Part shown: positions 7,243 through 14,700 of the stretch, piece after piece
How the letters are laid out: every line of letters starts with the position of its first letter
How positions within the stretch are numbered: the first letter of the stretch is position 1
From: Caecitellus pseudoparvulus
Lineage: Eukaryota; Protista; Bigyra: Bicosoecida
Direction: 5' to 3'
NCBI GenBank assembly: GCA_965644315.1
Contig: CBFFRQ010000185.1
Location: 1 to 16,064, forward strand
Length of the DNA: 16,064 bases
The notes under the pieces: model-generated
Told to the model about the DNA's origin: nothing
What the model saw: only the letters and a program-made list of their open reading frames with translations
The model's database searches: none
Position numbers and translations under genes: made by a program

Positions 7243-9003
7243 GTGGGCCGGAGCGCGGTGGTGAGAGCGACCACGGGGTACCGGGCCGTGCCCGTGGAGT
7301 GGAGGGCTGCCGCCCCGCTCTCGACAGACCACCGCGCCATGGCCGTGCTCATCGAATCAATGGTCCAGCAGCTGCATGGGGACCGTTGTTGGACTCCACC
7401 GGGGCTCTTCGAGGACATCTTGCGTGGGGGCTTGGACTGGGGCCCCCACCCCGTGGTCTCATACTGGGGTTGCCAGGAGGCCCACGCTGACGTGTGTCCC
7501 GCATGCGGCGAGACCACTTCCAGATTACGGCAGCTTGAGCGGTGCGCAGCCATGCGACTGCTCACCGTGGTCACGCTGCGCGGGTGGGACCCCGCTTGGC
7601 TGCTGTTCCGCCGCCCCCCGGCAGCGGCATCCCCGTCCTCGGCATACGTGCTGCAGCCGCACGACGAGCGGGCGGTGGCAGCGGCCTATGACGCCTTCGC
7701 GGCTGCGCGCGTGCTGCAGCCGGTCACCCCCCAGCAGCTGCAGCAGCACCGAAAGATGGGGGGGCCAGCCGCTTCTGCCTTCGTTGTCACGACATGGGCC
7801 CCCCAGCCGGGCGTCAGCGACGAAGCTCTGCGACAGTGGGCTGCTGCGAACCCAGGCGAGGCGGTGCAGGCCGCCAGCTCTTCCCGCGCGCCCGCCCGCC
7901 CGAGCCGCCTGTTCCGGGCCAAGCAGCGGGTGGTGTACGATCTGGCAGCCGTCAACCAGGCCTCAGTGAGCCCCCCATTCCACTACCCCACGCTGGAGAG
8001 CTGGGCGCTGCGCCTCCCGCCGAACTCGGACTGTGTTGTCCTGGACGTGGAAGCAGGGTACACGGCCATCCCCATCGCTCCGTCGGGCGCCGGACTGTTC
8101 ACCATGCTCGCCCAGGGCAGGCCAGCCTTCCGCATGCTTCGGATGGCCTTCGGGTACAGCCCGGCCGGGGCCATTTTCTGCTTTTTTTCTGGACTTCTGG
8201 GCGCCAAGATCGAAGCGGCGTTCCCAGCAGGGCATGTGGTTGTGTACGTAGACGACGTCGGGCTTGGGGGAGCTACGTTGGGGCCACGGCCATCGATCGT
8301 GCCCAAGATAACTCAACTGTTCGAGGACGTGGGCTTCCGGGTGTCGCGCAAGAAGACGCAAGGGCCACAGCGCGTCGTTCAGTACTTGGGGATGGTGGTC
8401 AGGTGTGCCCCGTGTGGGGTGTACCTTGAGTGTCCTCAAGCCAAACGAACTCAGCTGCGGTGGCAGCTGGCCGCGGTCCTTAATCGCCTCGGCGCTTGCT
8501 CCACCATCCCCAAGCGCGTTTTCGCCGCGGTCACAGGGCGCTTGCACGGCCTGTCGGCCGTGGTGCCCCACGCAAAACAAACGCTGTCGCTCTTGTACGA
8601 CACCATGCGCACACACAAGTACCGCGTCGGCCCCCCGGCGCTCTCGTGCCTGTCCCCCCGGCGTCGCACGGGGCCCTGCGGACCCTCCTTGAGGCCCTCG
8701 GTGGGCCGTTATCGACGGGCCCGATGCGCCCGCTCTCCCCACTGTCAAGCAGGTGGCGCGCCGCCCTCTTTGGCTCGTGCGACGCGTCGGGGGAAGGCGG
8801 GCTGGGGGCAACAGTGTCGAGGTGGGCAGGGCCAGGAGAACGCACAGACTCCGCTTGGTACGCGTCCATGCGCATCCCCGGCACAGCCCCGGGCGAGGAG
8901 CTCGTGGGAGCCTCCACGATGCTGGAGCTGTACGCAATCGCCTTGGCTATGGCAATGGCGCGGCATGTTTTTCCCGAGCCGGGGCCGCTGCTGCTATGCC
9001 TAG
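7243..9003 (+). CDS. Reverse transcriptase (DIRS/Ngaro type); meaningful frame ends ~8635
   Basis: RT motifs in order: KQRVVYDLAAVN, LDVEAGY, RMAFGYSPA, YVDD (8245-8256), GFRVSRKK, YLG. Confidence 0.93.
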   Translation: MGRSAVVRATTGYRAVPVEWRAAAPLSTDHRAMAVLIESMVQQLHGDRCWTPPGLFEDILRGGLDWGPHPVVSYWGCQEAHADVCPACGETTSRLRQLERCAAMRLLTVVTLRGWDPAWLLFRRPPAAASPSSAYVLQPHDERAVAAAYDAFAAARVLQPVTPQQLQQHRKMGGPAASAFVVTTWAPQPGVSDEALRQWAAANPGEAVQAASSSRAPARPSRLFRAKQRVVYDLAAVNQASVSPPFHYPTLESWALRLPPNSDCVVLDVEAGYTAIPIAPSGAGLFTMLAQGRPAFRMLRMAFGYSPAGAIFCFFSGLLGAKIEAAFPAGHVVVYVDDVGLGGATLGPRPSIVPKITQLFEDVGFRVSRKKTQGPQRVVQYLGMVVRCAPCGVYLECPQAKRTQLRWQLAAVLNRLGACSTIPKRVFAAVTGRLHGLSAVVPHAKQTLSLLYDTMRTHKYRVGPPALSCLSPRRRTGPCGPSLRPSVGRYRRARCARSPHCQAGGAPPSLARATRRGKAGWGQQCRGGQGQENAQTPLGTRPCASPAQPRARSSWEPPRCWSCTQSPWLWQWRGMFFPSRGRCCYA

Positions 9004-9458
9004 CTGCGGACAGCCAGGCAGCGGTGGCGCTGGCGCGACGAGGGTACAGCAAGCACAGCCGTGAACTCACGCGCGTCTGCGGGGTCCTCGAGCGGGTTTC
9101 CCGCGTTTTGGACGTCCACTTGGCGCCTCGGTGGATCCCGAGGAGCCTGAATTGGCGGGCGGACGCCCTCAGCCACCCCGAAAGGGTGGATAGCAGCACA
9201 CCGGCAGCGCTCGGCCTCCCGCCAGGGCAACCAGCCGAGCTGGAGGTATCAGCAGGGGGAAGCAGCGCCGCTGAGCGGTGGCATGATGTGTCCCTAGACG
9301 TAGGGCCGTCGGGAAAGGCCGGGGCGGGCACCGCGTGGATTCACTCAGCTCAACTCTCCGTCGCCCTGCACAGACACACTCTGGATAAGGAAGCAGACCT
9401 TCTGGCAGATGATCAGGGCCATCCCCGCGTCCCCGATCAGCAGGATTCACCAACATAG
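8496..9458 (+). CDS. RNase H domain of pol, in the -1 frame relative to RT (effective from ~8635)
   Basis: Catalytic D-E-D-D motifs: CDASGEGGLG (D 8781), LELYAI (E 8925), ADSQAAVA (D 9009), WIPRSLNWRADALS (D 9162). Confidence 0.9.
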   Translation: MLHHPQARFRRGHRALARPVGRGAPRKTNAVALVRHHAHTQVPRRPPGALVPVPPASHGALRTLLEALGGPLSTGPMRPLSPLSSRWRAALFGSCDASGEGGLGATVSRWAGPGERTDSAWYASMRIPGTAPGEELVGASTMLELYAIALAMAMARHVFPEPGPLLLCLAADSQAAVALARRGYSKHSRELTRVCGVLERVSRVLDVHLAPRWIPRSLNWRADALSHPERVDSSTPAALGLPPGQPAELEVSAGGSSAAERWHDVSLDVGPSGKAGAGTAWIHSAQLSVALHRHTLDKEADLLADDQGHPRVPDQQDSPT

Positions 9459-10278
9459 GCTGGCAAAGGGGACGGTGGTCAAGTACGTTCGCGCGGTTGC
9501 TGGCCTGATCAGGGCCGCTCCAGCACCCCGGGACAGGGCGCGGACCATGGTGGGCATCTTAACGGGCGGCGTGGCCGCAGGCAGATGGGCCCCCCATCGG
9601 GCGAAGCAGATCCTGGCGCAATGGGTCGGTGGTTTTAGGTATCTGGGCCTGCCAATCCCGTCGCTAGCCCCGCTGGGGCTCACAGTCGGCAGCATCTGCC
9701 GGGCAATCCGCCGGCTCCACCGAGGGAGAGGGGAGCAACACCGCCGCCCTATCAGCAAAGAACAAGTCATGGAGGCCATGAAGCGGGCATGGGACGGGCC
9801 ACACCTCGGGAGGCATGCCCCAACTGCCGCCGCAGCTATCTACATCGGCTTTCATGGCATGTGCAGGCCGGGAGAGCTCCGGGGCCTGCGATGGGAGGAG
9901 TTGCACTTCGGGCGGGCGGGCCCCCTGCAGTGGGTGGAGGCCAGGGTCACGGATAAAACGCACCTGAGTGCAAACCGCCACATCCAGGTGGTGCGCCAGG
10001 CCGAGTGGGCGGGGGCCTTCGACCGCCTCCGGGAGCAGGCCCGGGACAAGCGGGGAAGCCTGCTCCCAAGGTGGGCGTGGCTCAGCCTGCAAGGCATCCT
10101 GAAGGCTGTAGCGGGCGTGTCCTTGGCCCACCTGAGACCCGGGGGCAATATGTTCTGGACAGGCCGGGCCCCCGACGTCTTGGTGGAGCACGCGGCGGGC
10201 TGGGCGGCTGGCTCCCCCACCCGGGCACGATACTACACCCAGGGGGGGAGGGGGCGAGGCTGTGGCACGAGGCCATGA
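9409..10278 (+). CDS. Tyrosine recombinase (true C-terminus may run to TGA 10302-10304)
   Basis: GFHGMCRPGEL (R 9865), DKT (K 9955), AHLRPGG (R 10135), AGW (W 10201), RYY (Y 10231/10234). Overlaps the end of the RNase H ORF, as is usual in YR retrotransposons. Confidence 0.9.
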   Translation: MIRAIPASPISRIHQHRLAKGTVVKYVRAVAGLIRAAPAPRDRARTMVGILTGGVAAGRWAPHRAKQILAQWVGGFRYLGLPIPSLAPLGLTVGSICRAIRRLHRGRGEQHRRPISKEQVMEAMKRAWDGPHLGRHAPTAAAAIYIGFHGMCRPGELRGLRWEELHFGRAGPLQWVEARVTDKTHLSANRHIQVVRQAEWAGAFDRLREQARDKRGSLLPRWAWLSLQGILKAVAGVSLAHLRPGGNMFWTGRAPDVLVEHAAGWAAGSPTRARYYTQGGRGRGCGTRP

Positions 10279-10309
10279 CACCCAGGGGAGGAAGCAAGCA
10301 TTGAAAAGT

Positions 10310-10460
10310 ATTGGCGGGTGCCGCAAGGAGGCGTCCCCTCCCCCAAGAGATGCAGCGAGCCCTGGTGGCCGCTGGCATAGAGGGGGGAGGGGACGGCCTC
10401 GAGGCGGGCCCAGTTCAATGCATTTCGATTGCCACGCACAACGCACCAACACGAGGGAAC
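10310..10460 (+). repeat. Split direct repeat B1 (151 bp)
   Basis: ATTGGCGGGTGCCG...ACGAGGGAAC; no difference from 10647-10797 found by eye. Confidence 0.95.
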
Positions 10461-10517
10461 CGAGGTTGCCGGCACCCCAGCCGGCAACCATGTTTCCCGG
10501 CAGGAGGGGCGGCGGGC

Positions 10518-10637
10518 AGTCCCACGCTAGTGGCACAATTGTCCCCCGCCGCCCCAACGCAGAGTAGACGACGGCAGGACCGGGCATGACAAAACCAGTC
10601 ATTAGCCGGCCTCGTCACTCTCTTTCCTTTTTTTTTC
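10518..10637 (+). repeat. Split direct repeat A2
   Basis: Copy of 5832-5950. Confidence 0.95.
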
Positions 10638-10646
10638 TTTTTCTCG

Positions 10647-10797
10647 ATTGGCGGGTGCCGCAAGGAGGCGTCCCCTCCCCCAAGAGATGCAGCGAGCCCT
10701 GGTGGCCGCTGGCATAGAGGGGGGAGGGGACGGCCTCGAGGCGGGCCCAGTTCAATGCATTTCGATTGCCACGCACAACGCACCAACACGAGGGAAC
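10647..10797 (+). repeat. Split direct repeat B2 (element 3' end)
   Basis: Copy of 10310-10460. The last 2 nt (AC) are shared with the resuming host sequence ACGCCGGGCTGCC. Confidence 0.95.
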
Positions 10798-10827
10798 GCC
10801 GGGCTGCCTCGTGCCCACGCAGCTCAT
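10796..10827 (-). pseudogene. Stub of a fourth ZF paralog (only MSCVGTRQPGV remains)
   Basis: ATG at 10827 and ~11 codons match ZF genes 1/2. The frame then runs into antisense B2/A2 and stops at 10615. Confidence 0.8.
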
Positions 10828-11266
10828 GGTGGGAGTGGGGGGAAGGGCAGCAGTGTGCAGTTTGTCTGGTGTGTTGCATGTGATGTGTGCAGTGTGTGGC
10901 TGGGAAGTGGTGCGCGGGGGGAAGTGTGGGGGGGGGCAGGAGAGACTCGCCGGCGAGCTGCTCGGGCTGCACGCTCGACTCCACGCACCCAGCCCCAAGC
11001 CACCATTGCCCCCACGCCCCCACATCACACACGGCCACCTGCACGCCAGCCGCCCACAAGCATGCTGCCGTGCATGGTCTGCGCTTGGCTGCATCGCGGC
11101 GCACAGTGGACTGCCCTGATCACGGGCCCGTCCCCCAGCAGCACCCGCAACGCCGGCCGCGTTTCCACGGCGTTTCCTCACACCCATCCACAGCCCACCC
11201 GCACACCTCCACAGCACACTGACCACACGCCACGCGCCACACGCCACACGCCACACACACCTGGGC
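10828..11266. promoter_or_regulatory. Diverged copy of the putative bidirectional promoter
   Basis: Homologous to 2922-3337 with indels (10853-10895; expanded CCACACG repeat at 11223-11260). Confidence 0.45.
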
Positions 11267-11743
11267 ATGGCCGGGACCCCACACCAGGGCCCCGCTCTCG
11301 CTGGCCTCGCCGCCGGTGCAGCGGTGGCCACGGGAGTGCACCTGGCGAGCCAAGCTGCCGGCACTGTTGCTGGCGCGGGCCTCAGCCTGGCATCCACCGC
11401 CATGACGGAGGGCACACGGGCAGTGGGCGGTGACGTGGCCGCGGCAGCTGTGGCAGGTGTGTGTGGTGCTGGGTGTGCCCTGGCCGCGACAGCCGCCAGC
11501 ACCACCGGCACAGTGGCCAGTGCGGCGGCAGGCGCTGTCACGTCCGTGGTGGTGACGGCTGTAGTCTCTGCGGCGCTGCATGGTGTGCGTGCGGCGAGCG
11601 CGGGTGTGGTGGGTGGTCAGGGCGGGCATGGGGATGTGTGGAGGTGCGGGGGGGGGTGTCCGCTGTGGTGTGAGGTGGATGATGGGTATGTGTGTGTGTC
11701 TCGTCCGGGTGGGTGTGTGGGGGGTGGGGGTGGCGTGGGGTGA
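11267..11743 (+). CDS. 158-aa Ala/Gly-rich hydrophobic protein, copy 3
   Basis: ATG-to-TGA ORF. Frame is preserved, with a net 3-bp shortening near the C-terminus. Confidence 0.62.
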   Translation: MAGTPHQGPALAGLAAGAAVATGVHLASQAAGTVAGAGLSLASTAMTEGTRAVGGDVAAAAVAGVCGAGCALAATAASTTGTVASAAAGAVTSVVVTAVVSAALHGVRAASAGVVGGQGGHGDVWRCGGGCPLWCEVDDGYVCVSRPGGCVGGGGGVG

Positions 11744-11769
11744 GGTGGTATGCATTGTGGGTATGATCG

Positions 11770-14700
11770 TCATGCGTGTAGGGAGCGGGTGTGCTTCTTG
11801 AGGTCGCCAGCTCTTCCAAATGTCTTGCCACAGTGCGGACAGTGGTGATCTTTGACGCCTTCATGGACGGTGCGGATGTGGGTCTTGAGGTGGCCAGCTC
11901 TTCCAAAGGTCTTGTCACAGTGTGGGCAGTGGTGATCTTTGACACCCTCATGTACGGTGCGGATGTGTCTCTTGAGGTCGCCAGCCTCGCTGAATGCCTT
12001 GTCGCAGTGTGGGCAGTGGTGGTCTCGCGCACCCTCATGGACGGTGCGGATGTGTCTCTTGAGATTGCCAGCCTTGCTGAAGCTCTTCCCACATACAATG
12101 CACACCACACGACCCCCAGCACCTGCCCCCCCATGACACTCACGCCTGTGCTCCTCCACAGCACCCCACGACCCCAACACCACATCGCACAGCATGCACC
12201 GAGGCACGCCCTGCACACGCGCTCCTGCGCCTCGCCCTACATCTGCCCTCGCCGCCCCAGCCATCTCCACCTCGCCCACGCCCTCGCCCGCGCCACGCGG
12301 CATGCTCGTTCCCACATCGCCCATGGCGTCGCCCCCGTGCCCACTGCCGTCACGGGTGCCGCTGCTCACCTCCTCACATGACACCGTGCTGCCACCGCTG
12401 TCGCTGCCACTGCTGTCACTGTCCCACTCGCTGCCACTGCTGTGGCTCCTGCCACCATCATCGCCCCTGCACTCCTGGTCTTGACTCTCGTCCACGTAAG
12501 TACACATGCCAGGCTCCCTAACGCTGCCACCCTCCACGTCATCCCCGTCATCACTACTTCCATCGCCAAAGGACGACCTCGCCTGCACACTTCCACTCAC
12601 AGAGTTTTCCACCCACCCCACATCGACACGCTCACCCGCATCCGCCTCCCACTCCTCGGTGCTGCTGGACCCGCCGCTGCTCGTCCCTCCATGGGCCGAG
12701 CTGGGTTGCTGCCTGGGCTCCGTCCGTGACCCCGAGCACCAACGCTCCATCACTGACTGCCGCTCACGCCACAGCCGTGCATGTGCCTCCATGGCAGGTG
12801 AGCCCGGTACACGTTCGCCCGCCACACTTCCATTTATCGAAATTGAGTGTCGCAATGGATGCACGGCACCCATCGATGAGCTCTCACCCTGCAAGGACAA
12901 GTCTGTGCACCAATTGTGTGTCGCAGAGAAGCGCAGTGGCAGTCCGGGTCGGCACCGAAGTGCATGAAGCACTCCGTGATCCTTGACATGATCTTGAACG
13001 GCAGAAGTCTTCGGGCTGAACAGAGCAAGACGAGACATAGAGAAGGCAAGAGATGGCACGCTTCCACCACTGCCTGCACTCGGTAGCCGTGACCATGGCC
13101 CTACCGAGAGACCCCCACTTGACGAAGGAGCAGAGTTCCCGAACCCAAAGAGTTCAGCCGGCATCCTTGCCTCCATGAATCCCAAATCACCACTGTCCCC
13201 CGCTTCGCGCATTCGGCCTAAGGCGGCTCGCTGGGCAGAATACACCACTGGTCCAACACCGCCTTGCTTGCCAGTATCAAGTGCATCTGTCAGACCCTCA
13301 GTCACTGACCCATTCGTGCACGCATACTGGACAGCAAGTGTTTTGCGAGCTTGCCTCCTCTCAGTCCGCCGGCATAACCGAGCGCCCTCTTCACCCACCG
13401 CACGAGTGTTCGCCTCCATCACACTCTCAACACCCTCTAGCATGCCCTTCACCCACGCCAACCACCAACCACATGCATCCGACACACTCATACTGCCGCC
13501 GCTAACCCCATCATCACCCACCACCTCACTCCCACCGTCCTGCAACGCATCCCTCACACTCACGTGAAACGGTGCTTCCACACTCACAGCACTGCTCGTA
13601 CCACCCCCGCCACGCTCACACCGACAATCACACCCCAGCGGCGGGATGGGGTATGGCACTGCCGCCTTCCCCACACCGCCCGCCCCCGCCGGCCACACCA
13701 CCGGCACCCACTGCCCACTGAGTTCCTGCAGGTCCAGGCCCAGGCTTCGCTTGCACGACTCGGACACCCGCTGTCCCGTCCCAGACGCCACGCGCAGCAG
13801 CCACGCCTCCTCGGTCATGGACGCCGGGTGCATGAAGTGCCCTCCGACGCCCACCTCCTCCGCCCCGTGCAGCCACGCCGTTGTCTGATCTCCCCAGCAC
13901 CACACCAGCCAATCACCTACCTGCACATGGTGATTGGAAACAGCAGCCCATGGTACCATGTGTCCCGTCGTTACCACGGAGATGCCCGATGACACGTTAG
14001 ACCGATGGAACACTCCCTCGCCAGGGTAGAGTGCCTCCATATACTCCTGAACACCCTCGTCGCTCACTGACTCGTGCAGCACGTGCACCACGCCCGCACT
14101 CCGCATTTGCTCGGCTGAGTGCTTGTCAAAATCTGCCTGCACACACCGCAAGTGGAACTGCACAATGCGCAAGTGCCAGTTCATGATGCTGACCATGCAG
14201 GCTGGCAGGCCGCCGCCGCCGCCTGCGTCCAACCCTGCCTCAGCAGCCGCTGCCGACCCCAGCTCATCCGCACCACCCCCCACGCTGCAGCACCAGGCAA
14301 AGGCACACCCACTCCATGCCGCCGGACGATGCACAACCCGCCCCCCTGCCTTGCCCAGTGCAGCAACACCCGCTCGCCCCTCCACTGTCATCCACGACAC
14401 CACACGCAGGCGCACATCCTCCGGCACTGATGCGTCACACACCCCCTCCGCACACTCCCGCTCCGCCATACTGCACATGCCAGGCTGCATACCCGAGAGC
14501 TCAAGCACATGTGCCGGGCTCATGACGACGCCAAAGATCGCCATGAACGCCTGGGCGGCCATGACACTGTCCGCCACACTCTTTACGCCCCACGCCTCTC
14601 GCTCACGCTCCGCAGCCCAGGCCCCCTTCTCCGCCTGCGCCGACACCTGCGGCATCACATCCTCGTACAACCCATGCTCCGAGTATGGGTACACCTGCGC

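Larger units (their letters stand above)
5832..10797 (+). mobile_element. Ngaro-like (DIRS order) tyrosine-recombinase retrotransposon with split direct repeats, ~4.97 kb
   Basis: Order is gag-like, RT, RNase H, YR. Repeats are arranged A1-ORFs-B1-A2-B2. No DDE integrase, protease or TSD, and no recognisable methyltransferase after RNase H (which favours Ngaro over DIRS1/PAT). Sharp junctions with the host array at both ends. Confidence 0.92.

Noticed and set aside
9180-9458. DIRS1/PAT-type methyltransferase domain after RNase H
   Set aside because: Only ~90 codons remain and no DLFA or NPP(F/W)-like motifs are present.
7243-10278. Prokaryotic retron, DGR or prophage integrase module
   Set aside because: RT-RNase H-YR order with split direct repeats in a C2H2/intron context fits a eukaryotic DIRS-order retrotransposon.
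10500-10560. Hairpin or hammerhead ribozyme at the start of A (CA/GUC)
   Set aside because: No opposing AGAA loop, loop-B consensus or CUGANGA/GAAA core found.
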